This document shows, piece by piece, positions 52,102 through 64,000 of a stretch of DNA of 64,000 nucleotides. Every line of letters starts with the position of its first letter. Within the stretch, counting starts at the first letter, position 1. The DNA is from Eledone cirrhosa (Eukaryota): the NCBI GenBank assembly GCA_964016885.1, contig OZ024740.1, positions 245,272,001 through 245,336,000 of the forward strand, in the 5' to 3' direction. The notes under the pieces were generated by a model that made no database searches, was not told the origin of the DNA, and was given only the letters and a program-made list of their open reading frames with translations. Both the position numbers and the translations under genes were made by a program.

Positions 52102-55100
52102 GGCGACCTACGTAGGAAATCGTATCATCGTGAGCTCCGCAAAGGTTTGTTGTTTTCGTTTGTTTAAAATTGCCATTTATGGAAAATTTTTGTTGTTAAC
52201 TGTTTATAGGGTTACAAAATTTGCTTTCGGAAAAGGACACTTAAAAAGATTGGGGCCTTGAACCCAAAATTTAAACTTTTATAGTTATCAAACAAAAAAA
52301 TTTCTTTGAAAAAATCATGGACGACTCACAGTCACACCTTCCTCACAAACTAACACCCCACACCGACACCACCATTGTAAATATTACTACGTTTGCCAAC
52401 ACTAAAAATATAAGCAGTAGCAATAATTTAAATTTGTCTCATGCAGACATTCATTTGCCACCATTACCAATGACTGAAGGTGTTGAAGCCACCACCCCCA
52501 CCACCACCACAGCGACAACAGAAACAAAAGAAAAAAATAATTATCTCGTGACATCGAAATGGATTCACACAGAATTGACTCTTCCACACCGAACACCACT
52601 GACGTCACCACCACCACAACTGAAACTAAAAATAACAATAACAAAAATAACAATAACAACAACAGAAACAACATCAATGAGAATAACAACAAAAACATCA
52701 ACATCACTGGGTCATTTGCCAAAGCAGCCAAAAAATGCGAAGCAATCCAGGTAACTCAGGAGGAATAGGCTGTCCACAATTCAAGATAGTCAGCTACACG
52801 GACCACAAATTCGTGATCTGTGTGCTTGATTTAGATAGTCTATGAAGACGAGGACTCGGCTACTGGAATCTAAACGCGTCCTTACCAGCGCGCAAGGCCT
52901 ACAGAGACCGGATTAGCGAACTAGTTAAGTGGACGTTGACGGGGGCCATCGTCAACAACAAGTGGCGGTTTGCTCTGAAAAGAGTGATTAGAATAGAGTC
53001 CATTAGGTTTAGTAAGGCTTTAGCTATAGAGAAAAATAGAGCAGAGGGAGAACTAGTTAGAAAATTAGACGAGGCGCTTAGCAAAGGCATCGCGACCGAC
53101 GTACTTGCGGCGAAATTGGCCCTTGACCAATTCTTCAATGCAAAGCACGAAGGCTGCGTTGTCAGAGCTAGGGTGCGTGCTCTCAGACACGAGGGGACGA
53201 AAGCCGTTCAATGGGCCCGAGTGGCGGAGGCGCGTCGTGGCAACAAAGCCACGATCCGGTCTTTGGTGGACCACGACGGGCGCATGCTACTCGATCCCGG
53301 GAAAATGTGTGAAGCTTTACAGCGACACTTCGCACAGCTGTTCGGGGGCAGCGGCAGGCCGGATTGAGGAATGGACTTTAGTGTCTACCTCGACGGACTG
53401 ACGCGGCTCTAGGCCACTGAGGCGGAGTGTTGCGAAAATCCGATAACAGCCGCTGAAGTACGGGAGGCAATGACTGGCTGCACAAGGGGTAAATCGCCTG
53501 GTTTGGATGGTCTGCCCTATGAACTTTACGTACAGATGCCAGACTTGTTCGGAGGCCTCTTGGCGGACGTCTACTGCAACTTGCAACAGAACGGGAGAAT
53601 TCCCAGCTCTGTGAGCCGAGGAGCTGTGGCGCTGCTGAGAAAGGATGCGAACAAGGGGGATAACATAAATGATTTCAGGCCCATAACTCTGCTAAACACA
53701 GAGTTCAAGATTTTGGCCAAGGTGCTAGCAAAGAGGTAGGCGCTTGTCGTTGATGGTCTGGTGGGAGAGGCGCAGACATGCGCCATTCCCGAAAGATCCA
53801 TCCACGACAACCTCCACCTCATGCGATACATCGTAGAGAGGGTAGCTAGGGAACCTGGCACAGGTGGGTCCTTGATCAATTTAGATCAGTCGAAAGCTTT
53901 CGATAAGGTCGACCATCGTTATCTAGCGGCAGTCCTGAAGGCGGCTGCCTTTGGGCCCGTCTTCAGAGGCTGGATCGTTGCCATGCACAGCGACATCTGC
54001 TCTGTGGTGAGAGTGAACGGTCACCTTTCGGAACCGTTCAACAGCATGCGCTCGGTCCGCTAAGGATGTCCCCTCTCGTCCCTCTTGTACGTATTGACTC
54101 TCGAGCCATTACTGCGCAAACTAGAGACGTTGAAGGGGGTCCCGCGCGAATTAGGATGCGGAAGATCCGTGTCAGCATATGCGGACGATGTCACCGTAGT
54201 GGTGTCGAACGCCAAACACATCGAGGCGATCGGCACCACACTAAGAGAATACGAAGCGGTGACAGGAGAAATGATCAACCAGGAAAAGTCAGTGGGCCTG
54301 CAGCTCGGCACCTGGAGAAGCAGGTCCATGCCGTCCAACAGCGTCGTCAGGCGCTGGACGGACGGACCGGTTAAATTGTTAGGGGTCTGGTTCGGTCCGG
54401 ATCTTCAGACGGACAAAAACTGAGACGAGGTGACGAGCAGGGTGGCTTCTCTCACCCAGGAATGGGCGGAGAGGAAGCTATCCCTGAAAGGTCGAGCGGA
54501 GGTGGCTAACGCGTACATCGCGTCCGTCATCTACTACCGCCTGACCGTCGTACCTTGTCCTAAGCCCCGCCTGACTGCGCTGGAACGTTTGCTCTTTCGC
54601 TTTTTGTGGAAGGGCCGCGCTCCGATGATCATGCGGTCCATCTGCTGTCAACACCCGCTACGTGGAGGGCTGGGCATGCCGTGGCTGATGATGCGTAGAC
54701 ACGCGCTCAGGCTACGACATCTCCACCTCTTCCTCGACGGTGATCAGGTGTGGTCGCCGTTTGCTAGACGCGTCTTTCCCCAGCTCGTCTCCTTGACGGA
54801 GCTGCAGTCCTGGGTCAAGCGAAGACCGAGAGGGAGCGCTTGGAGACTGGAATGTCTTCAGGCGCTCACAGGCCTCGACCAATCGGGCAATGTGATCGGT
54901 GGAAACTCCACCTTGGCGGTCTATAGAGGATTAGTGAAGGGGAAGAGCGACGACGTACTTGGGGAAACTCTAGGCGTAGACGAAAATCAACTAGCCAATC
55001 TCTTCGGAAGAACTTTCGGGCCGGGCCTATGGACAACTTCCAAAAATCCCTGGCCTGGCAGTGCTACTGAGGAGCTTTGCCAGTTCGGGATAAACTCTAC

Positions 55101-55785
55101 AGACATGGAGGTGCCGTCAGCCGGGCTTGTCCGAGATGCGCGCAGGCGACGAAACCGTCCTGCACGCACTCGTCCAATGTCCGAGCAATGCTGACTTGTG
55201 GGTTTATGTCGAACACCTGCTGTCGCGTGTAGGACGGATCCGGCTATCAGCTGAGTCCATCGTGAGGATTTCCCCGTCTTCTTCCTTTAGCCGGGAAGGG
55301 CAGGCAGTTTTTATCTGTCTGGTGGCCATGGCGAAAGAGATAGTATGGTGGACACGTTTGAAAGGGTTGAAGACGAGCACTTACCTCTTCGGTGATGCCC
55401 TGATTAACTTTTTCAAATTTCATTTGCAAAGGAAAATCAGGGTAGAGAGGGAAGTGCTCTCTTCCCGGAATTTTGTTGAAAGATGGGTGAGAGAAGCAAG
55501 AATGGCCCGAGTGAATGGGCCTACTCTGAGTATGTATCTGTAAATTAAAGGTGGGAGAGGGCACTTGCCTTAGTGGTCAGGGTCACTGTGGCCTTTTACT
55601 GGGCTTTCTCCACAAATGTCCCTCCGAGTCTCCCCTTTATTGGGGAATTTTTCATTGTTATTTTTTTGTTACATCCTCTGTTTTTGTTTTTTACACGCAG
55701 AAATGCCCATTTGTACCGTCCTGTATTGTCCTGCACTGTCCTTAATGTCTACTTTATGTAAACCCTTGTGGTTAATAAAGAAAGC
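52102..55785 (+). mobile_element. L1/Tx1-clade LINE copy C, large internal deletion, intact 3' end
   Basis: 5' UTR and ORF1 start (52317) joined near 52768 to the end of the APE domain; RT motifs with in-frame stops; 3' UTR, AATAAA 55774, ATT tail. Confidence 0.93.
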
Positions 55786-56027
55786 ATTATTAGAGGGTCG
55801 GACGCCATGCTTTCCAGCATAGTTACGTCCCTTTACGATCTGAGTTCAAATCCCGCCGAGGTTGACTTTGCCTTTCATCCTTACGGGGTCGATAAAATAA
55901 AGTACCAGTAATGCACTGGGTAATTGCTGGCCTTGTGCCTAAAGTAGAAACAATTATTATTATTATTATTATTATTATCATTATTATTATTATACACACA
56001 CACACTCTCACACACACACACACACAC

Positions 56028-56107
<80 letters not shown>

Positions 56108-56372
56108 TTCATTTTTGTATTTTTGCAATATTTTTATCTGAAAACGTGTTTTCAATCAACAACTAAGCAACCACCTTTTTATTAAACTAACCGTCTGGGA
56201 AATTATAATAGTAAAAGGAAGTAAAATCGATAGGTGCGTGTGTTTTCATTGGCAGCATATAACAATACATACAAACATACATACATACATACATACATAC
56301 ATACATTCATACATACATACATACATACATACATACATACATACATACATACATACATACATACATACATAC

Positions 56373-56982
56373 ATGGTGGCTGCCAACTCGTTTTCGAGTA
56401 CGGCCACTACTTTATATCCATGTAGGAGAACCCCTACCGATGCGCTGAACGAGTGTGACTTTTTAGTCCAGCCAGCGACTTGAAAACTCTGGTACAAACA
56501 CTACACCTGTGACAATTATTGACACATAGTGCTGGGCCCATGGTAGCATGTGACGACAAGTGCAGAGAGATCTCCAGATATAAAGCAATGCCTGTGCCGT
56601 GAAGCTTTTATAGTGAGCAAAGGCACTGCACAAAGCCAGTCCCACTCTCTTAACCAAGATGATATTTACCAAAAAGAAGGACAAGTCAACATCATTGGAT
56701 ACCATCAGGGTTGCAGGTGTTATATCAGAGTTTTCCTTCTCCTAGAATTCTGCCTTGACAAAGGCTAAGGGGTCATCTCTCCCGGTGATTTTAGATGGCC
56801 ATTGACTCTTAAGAACTCCTTTGCCCTTTGACAGGTTTTGTTTTTAGTCCTGCAGGATGTCCAAAGTCACCCTCCCCACCAAGAAACCTTGGTGGGGTTG
56901 CCAGTTTAGTCGCCAACGACCCGACCATGAGACAGGTTGTACTGGGATACATGTTACCAGTAGCACCAACTGGTGACCTGAC
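56373..56982 (-). mobile_element. Non-autonomous RTE-derived element in (CATA)n
   Basis: Reverse complement of 10495-11089. Confidence 0.85.
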
Positions 56983-57043
56983 ATACATACATACATACAT
57001 ACATACATACATACATACATACATACATACATACATACATACA

Positions 57044-58673
57044 TGATGGCTGCCCCCTCGTTATTGTGTATGGCTATTGCACGATAAAAAAAATACACAC
57101 AACATATACATATTAATAATTAACAGTACTGCGATCGAATGTGTCTTTTTTAGCCCAGACAATGATCTAAAATGACTTGCACAGAGTTAGCAACCATGAT
57201 AAAAACATCACTGGCAATAGCCGGCTGTGGTTGGTCGTCATGTACTTTTGCATGTCATTGAGCCCTCCTACTGATCTATACTCTTTTCCACACGCTTGAC
57301 AGGTATGATGAGCAGCATCTCCGACAGCAGTATGGTAGTCAACCATTGGTCTCACTTTATGACTGCGAAGATGACTTTCGAGTCCAGCTTTGTTGAGGCA
57401 GAGTCTTGCACAAACGCTGCCTGTCAGCGCCATAATAGGACCTTCGCTGTCTGGAAATGTAGCATCAATGCCTTCCCTGACAACCCTTTTTACCCTTACG
57501 TATGCAATTCGAGATGCTTCAAAAGCAGCTTTCCCCTTGTGTACAATATTTCTCCATTTACTACGATTAGCAGTTACGCTTTCCTATGTATCAGCAGAGA
57601 TTTTAGCATCTTTCAAGGAGGCTTTCAACGAACCCTTATACCTCTTTTTTGGCTTATGTGGAGATCGTTTTTCTTTAACTAACTCTCCATAAAAGAGTTG
57701 TTTTGGTATCCTAGAATCTTCTATCCTGGCAAGGTGACCACTCCATCGGAGTCTTTACTTAAGCACAAGAGCTTCTATGCTTTTACACAGCGAGCTTTCC
57801 AAAATCTCGACATCACTGATGTGGTCCCTCCAGTCAACGCCATGGATCCGTCTAAGACACATCTGATGGAAACGCTCCAACTGTTTAAGGTGGTGCCGAT
57901 ATGTGACCCAGGTCACGCAGGCATAAAGAAGTGAGGAGAGCGCACATGACTTGTACACCTTTACCTTTGTCTTCTTGCATATTGACTTTCAGGAAGAACA
58001 CAATCTGCAACGTGTGTCAGCAGACGGTCCAGAAGCACACTATATAATTTTTTTCCTACGACAAAAAGCAATGATATACCCCTATACTTTCCACAGTCAT
58101 CCTTGTTACCCTTTCCCTTATACAAGACTACCACTACTGCATCTCCCTAGTCCTCAGGTACGGATTCACTAGCCCATATCTTGCCAAACAAAGTGTGAAG
58201 ATGTCGCAGACGTTTCTCACCACCATATTGTAAGAGTTCTGCATGTATGTCATCCATACCCGGATACCTTCCACTGTTCAGCTTTGAGATAGCTACTGCA
58301 ACTTCCTCTAAAGTCGGTAGTACTGCGAGAGCTACTTTCTCAGGGTTTTCAGGGATTAGATTGAGGAAATCCTCATTGACGATAGACAACTAATTTAAAG
58401 TTCATCAAAGTGCTTTTGCCATCTTCGTGGAATTCCCTGTGAGTCACAAAGAAGTTCCTTGCCACTCCTTCTGCGAAGCGGTGTCACCAGAGAAGAAGAC
58501 GGTCCATAAACTTAACGCAAGAGACTGTACAACAGCTTTGTGTTATTGGAATCTGATGTAGCTTGTATCTCATCAGCCTTCTCACTCCACCACTTATCTT
58601 TCATCTGAGAGAGCCTCCACCTCACACGTAATTTCACATCATTGAGTTCCTTATGCAACACATTCTTCTCCTG
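57044..58673 (-). mobile_element. RTE-clade LINE 3' remnant
   Basis: [56 protein letters not shown]2H2-like tail, ends gcagccatca(TGTA)n; RT core missing. Confidence 0.88.
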
Positions 58674-58717
58674 TACATACATACATACATACATACATAC
58701 ATACATACATACATACA

Positions 58718-58753
<36 letters not shown>

Positions 58754-58756
58754 TAC

Positions 58757-59123
58757 GATGGCTGCAACTCGGTTTCGAGTAATGCCATTGCTTGATACTT
58801 TAGCATGAGCATCACGGATGTATCCCTCGAAACGATCGGTATCTCCATTGAATTGAAGGCCCTGAGTGTGGAAAAATTTGCTTGAGCAAATCTGGTCTCA
58901 GGAGCCATAGCCACAGCCATGTTGAAAGAGAACCAGTGAACTATGATCTCCTCGGTATTGTGAAGGTTCACAGGCAACCTGATGCAAGACCTGGGGCCAG
59001 GGAGATCCATAGTTGTTGTCAATGTGCGAAGGAGTGCAAGTCTCTAGCAGGCTTGAAAAGCCATATCCGAGCGTCACACATCTGAATCTAACAAGCGATT
59101 CAATATTCTTAGCAGAGTTTGCA

Positions 59124-59129
<6 letters not shown>
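58757..59129. mobile_element. Two RTE 3' ends joined back to back
   Basis: gcagccatc termini point outward at both ends; plus strand has C2H2 CCQCAKECKSLAGLKSHIRASH. Confidence 0.6.
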
Positions 59130-59197
<68 letters not shown>

Positions 59198-59592
59198 CTT
59201 ATTTATTTATGTATTTATGTATTTATTTATTTATTTATTTATTTATCTACTTATAACAGAAGAAAAATATTATATTATAAACAAATTTTAAACAACTAAT
59301 AATCGTAAATACACGTAAATATATTTCCCTCAAATTAACGTTATATGAGCTTTATTCATCTTCTCTTGTTTCTTTCTTCTCTCTCTCTAGCACTATTTTA
59401 TCCTCTCCTTCTATCTCTTCTCTCTCTCCATAGTCGTTTAAATAAACAGTTGTTTTTCAATTATTTACATATTCATTTGCATATTCACACATAAGTTTGA
59501 AAAATCGCTAATATATTGCCACTATCCAGTGAATTTCCAACCGATAAGGTATGGTTTTCATGGGTATGTCTCTATTTATAAAACAAACTTTG

Positions 59593-59655
59593 TATTTTAT
59601 CTGATGAAAGCGTACCAATGTGTCTTGGTACCCTTGAAATATATATAATAAAATA
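59593..59655 (+). ncRNA. Type I hammerhead
   Basis: tattttat-CTGATGA-aagcgtaccaa-tgtgtc-ttggtaccctt-GAAAT-ATAT-ATA-ataaaata; 8-bp stem I, AUA site. Confidence 0.82.
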
Positions 59656-60217
59656 AATATGGTTATATAAATATAGTTTCCATTTATTTAATATCATTGA
59701 ATATTTACTCCAGTAAATTGTTGAGTGCTCTAAATCAGTTATAAACATTTATATTTGTTGGACTTCTAACAAATTAAATACCCCTTCTACTTATATATAT
59801 ATATATTCTTTCCTCACGTACACTTTGACCAGGTTGGTTGTTCCTTTTTTTCTCTCTTGTCTACGATTTCACAGAACTTATGTTCACCGAATTCAGGGAC
59901 TTGACTCCTTCTTCCTCCCGTTTGACCTGTGCGAAATTCTTTCCTTGCTCACATTTCGACTAGGTTTGATGGTCTTTATTCTCTCTCGTCCACGATTTCA
60001 CAGAACTTATATTCATCGATTTATGGGACTTGACTCCTTCTTCCTCACTTTTCGTTGCATTACCATCTTTGATTGTTTTCAGTCTCGCTCGTTCCCCTTA
60101 TTTACGTGTCCCAACGACTTTCTTTAGCCGTTGCTCGCACCAACCGGAGGTATATGGTCTTTAAAGCGATGAAATACCAATGAAGGTTAGAAGATCACTG
60201 ATGAAGGACTAAATTTA

Positions 60218-60290
<73 letters not shown>

Positions 60291-60291
60291 T

Positions 60292-60470
60292 ATTTAGAAA
60301 ACGTAAGGGAAACACGAACCTAAACACAAGGACAGTTCCCGCTCATCGGCTGTCTTCCGAGAATCACTGCTGTATTTAATGCATTCGAAACATCAGTGAT
60401 CAACAGAAGACAGTTGATGAGCGTGAATTGTCTTTGTGTTTATGTTTACGTTTCTCTTACGTTTTCTAAA
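60292..60470. repeat. Foldback element (~80-bp arms)
   Basis: tttagaaaacgtaag... / ...cttacgttttctaaa. Confidence 0.88.
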
Positions 60471-60884
60471 TAATTATTATTAGTAACCATACAGCGCCTT
60501 TGTCACTTTTTATTAATTCATACATGTATGTATATAAAATATAATATACAATATAATATAATACAATATATTAAACTTAAGTCTAAATCTCATTTTGCGA
60601 GGATACAAGCCAAATCGACTAAAATAAGTCGGTGTTTACTCATATAATAACCCGGTCATGTTTTCTGGTACTCAAGATACAACATCGGGAATTCCAAGAC
60701 ATTAGAATAACCAATATTGGAAGAATTTAAGTTCCTTCATTAGGAGGTGAATTCTTTCTTAGGAATAAGGGAACAAGTTGAATATATATCATACATACCA
60801 TGTCATTGCTAGATTGCATGGTGAACAATGTGTTGCATCACTGAATTACTGTATGAACAAGGGAACAAGTTGAATATATATCAT

Positions 60885-61985
60885 ACCAGATAGAAAAATG
60901 CGTACAGCAAAAAAAAAGTAATATTGTTGGAATATAAACCTTTAAAAAACCCTTAAAAATACAAGAAACTAAAATAAAAATTTAAAAGAATAGGACAAGA
61001 AACTAAGATAAAACTTTAAAAGAATAGGACAAGAAACTAAGATAAAACTTTAAAGAATTGGACAAGAAATAAAAAATTTTACAATAATATTAGTGGCGAA
61101 ATTTTTATTGGTAAAAAATCGAGTTCCACATTCATAGGCTCTGGGTACCACATTCAGAGGTCGTCGTCAGACCGGGGGGATCATTTGATCCTGGTTTGAA
61201 CACCAATTGGGCCATAACCATACCCCTATTTCATCATTCGGCGACACGCCTCATGTGTCAAGCATAATGTGAATGGACCCATGGGCCCATGAGCACAGAT
61301 TTTTCAGCAGCGGACGGTCTTGTCGTCCCGCTCATCCTTGATCTTGACCAACCCGTCCATCTTCTCCTTGCATCTTGTCCTTGAGTTCAAGTCCGGCAGT
61401 CCAGATGAATGCGTGCCACAGCTTTCTGGTACAGGAAGGGGGAGCAGGAGGACTGGAGGGATGACGGGACAGAGGGAGGGAGGAACGGTAGTTGAGGGAG
61501 GTGCCGTAGTCGGTGGTCAGAGTCGACATCTTGTCCCGGTCATCTTCTCCATCTTCGTCTGGTGTTGCGGGACCAGAAGTGCATTCTTGGAGGAGACCTG
61601 CAGCTGCATCGGCCAAATCTTCTTGCAATGGTCATTCTGACGGAGCAGAACTGCTCAGCCAACCAACCCCAACCAGAACCAACCGCTCAGGGGCAACGCA
61701 CAATGAGAGCATGACAATTATTATGCACTAATCAAGAAGATACTGGGGCATAGCACAGGAAACGAATAAAAAAATTTTGCCACTAATATTATTGTAAAAT
61801 TTTTTATTTCTTGTCCAATTCTTTAAAGTTTTACCTTAGTTTCTTGTCCTATTCTTTTAAAGTTTTATCTTAGTTTCTTGTCCTATTCTTTTAAAGTTTT
61901 ATTTTAGTTTCTTGTCCTGTATTTTTAAAGGTTTATATTCCAACAATATTACTTTTTTTTTGCTGTACGCATTTTTCTATCTGGT
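60885..61985. repeat. ~220-bp inverted repeats with ~32-bp subrepeats enclosing ~660 bp of GC-richer sequence
   Basis: 60885-61106 is the reverse complement of ~61769-61985. Confidence 0.9.
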
Positions 61986-62258
61986 CTACTATTTTTTAAG
62001 GCAATGCAAGCAACAACTATCTAATAATTAAATGATCATAGTGAATTACTGACAAGTGATTGACATTTTAAAGTTCTTTTGAGTATAATTGCAATCTAGT
62101 TCAGGCAACTGGCTTAATGACAAAGCTAGTAAATCATGAATGCATTTGAGATGATTAGTGCATAATAGTGAATTGGTGAAACTTGTGCATTTCAATGGTG
62201 TTACAACAATAGATGTAAGTTATATAGTAGTAATACTTTATCATTTTAACTTTTTAGA

Positions 62259-62618
62259 ATGGACAAAAACCCATGCAAAGAAATGACTTTGACTGCAGTG
62301 ATTCTCTCCAATTTACTTACAAAGCAAAACGTGGTCAAATACCTTATCATCTCTGATAAAATGCCCATTGAATCACTGAAAATCGGATGCATGGAATTCC
62401 TCATAAAATGCACCTATGAATCGGAAGCCATCACATATATCAATGGATATAGGGAGTTGTTCACACTGGAAGACCATCACTTCATTTGTGACTTCATCAG
62501 TTATCTCCACGATTATCTCAGGCACCCAATGCAATTGATGAGAGGTGATCCAATGTGTGAGCATGTAACTAATCTTATAGAAGTTGTTATCGACCACCTG
62601 GCTTTTAGTGACATTTGA
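62259..62618 (+). CDS. Hypothetical 119-aa protein
   Basis: Complex, non-repetitive ORF in AT-rich DNA; candidate 43-nt GTAAGT..TTTTTAG intron at 62215-62257 just upstream. Confidence 0.4.
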   Translation: MDKNPCKEMTLTAVILSNLLTKQNVVKYLIISDKMPIESLKIGCMEFLIKCTYESEAITYINGYRELFTLEDHHFICDFISYLHDYLRHPMQLMRGDPMCEHVTNLIEVVIDHLAFSDI

Positions 62619-62798
62619 CTGATTTGACTGATAATGATGTATTTTTAAAAAGTATGTGTACATTCTTGTTACTATTTTAAGGCAATGCAAGCAACAACTA
62701 TTTAATAAAATTTAAATTTAAAAATGACCATTGTGCATTACTAGTATGGTGACATTTTATTAAGTCACAAAATTAGTCAGTCAGCCATAGAACAAGGA

Positions 62799-63551
62799 TC
62801 AGGTGGCAAAAACATTGGCAAAAATTTGTGTCAATTTAAGATTTCCAACATTGTTGAAATGAATCATATCTGGTTTGAAGTCAGATTTGTCAAATTTTGA
62901 CCAATTTTCAATGTTGTGAAGATTGGGCAAGTTCAATTTTTGAATCATTTCTTTCATGCAGTAATTAAACTTTTCCAAACGAGAAATTCTCTTGCCCAAG
63001 TCATTTTTATTTTCAATTACACTTTGTGGACGTGGAATGACACCACTGTAGAAAATGGGTGTACAGTGGTGCTTTTCCGCTATTTTCTGTAGCCTTGCAA
63101 AGAGACTCTTCCCCTGTTTTTCCGGTTTTGTGCCTCGAATGGGCACTTTGTCCTTAATTTACAAATAAATGATTAATAAAAAATACTTGGGCAAAAATTA
63201 TTGTATTACTTTGCACAGCTTTGTAGTGCCAACGGTGCGACGAGGATTCAGATCATTAGAGCCGACATGAACCACCAATACTTTCACAAAAGGACAACAG
63301 ATAACAATGTTGGCGATTAACATTACTTGGCCCTGACGGGCCCCAGGTATACAAAATATCTAAGTATTTTTGTTGATATGATAAGTAAATACATTTCAAT
63401 TAATATTTTTATACCTTCTGGTCATTCGATTTCGCCACATTTCTAATTATGGATTTGTAAAACTGGCATGAATGTGAATTTGATCAGTCCAATTGTCCGA
63501 TTTTAGTGAAAAGTTTTGATTCGAAATGGAAATACTCCATTTCCGTGCCAT
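62799..63551 (-). CDS. SGNH/GDSL esterase-family gene with two short introns (5' exon uncertain or frameshifted)
   Basis: Exons 63415+, 63210-63359 and 62799-63152; GT-AG introns 63360-63414 and 63153-63209 (both phase 0); spliced product SIIRNV..IFCIPGA..VVHVGSND..YSGVIPR..DMIHFNNVG = SGNH blocks I, II, III, V. Confidence 0.78.
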
Positions 63552-64000
63552 TGAAAAAATGAATAAGCCGATCAAAAAGCCGCGAAACATCATTTTTAAT
63601 TAAGCGAAATTAGTGGATGCAAATCTCAGAAAATATTGTACACTATTCGCACCTATCGCACTATTCGCACCTATCGGTACAAAAAATCGCACGACTGTTA
63701 ATAATACTAGAAGTGCAAACTATCTGTTGAATACCTGGTATATGAAGAGCAACCGATACGATCGGTCGGAGATCGGTCTTGAAGAAGAATGAAGAATGAA
63801 GTGAAATTTTGGTCTGGTTGTTGTCATCGGTGTTTCGCAGAGATGCCGGCACGAACAAAGGTGCCAGTGACACAAAGTTGTCCGCTTGAACAAAGGTGTC
63901 GGTCCGACAAAGGTGTCAGTCAGACAGACAGTCAGACAGTGTCACAGTCGGTGCGACAAAGCGATCGATGCGATTAAAAAAAATTTAACTCACATGTTTA

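Noticed and set aside
60199-60220. CTGATGA followed by a TA tract
   Set aside because: Second half of a hammerhead is absent; cannot be called.
62470-62520. HHFICDFISY resemblance to a Topors-like motif
   Set aside because: Too short to support homology without a search.

Overview
Animal intergenic DNA made almost entirely of repeats: (TA)n, (CA)n, (CATA)n, (ATT)n and (GA)n microsatellites packed with transposon remnants. The SINE and microsatellite repertoire suggests a cephalopod such as Octopus (inference). Recognisable elements: a C-rich Penelope-like element (RT + Cys-linker + GIY-YIG), other PLE 3' remnants, three degraded L1/Tx1-clade LINEs, RTE, R4/Dong-like and CRE-like LINE fragments, a gypsy remnant, non-autonomous Helitrons, Tc1/mariner elements and many tRNA-derived SINEs. 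The main non-obvious signal is a dense set of type I hammerhead ribozyme (HHR) motifs, folded by eye: 10 with canonical cores, 3 with a U4C core and several decayed ones, spread over many unrelated short non-coding families. Two families occur as head-to-tail units with HHRs 570 and 441 nt apart (retrozyme-like), and several HHRs have very long stem II inserts. At the right end is an unexplained cassette with long inverted repeats and an intron-containing SGNH/GDSL esterase gene. No ordinary host gene is evident.
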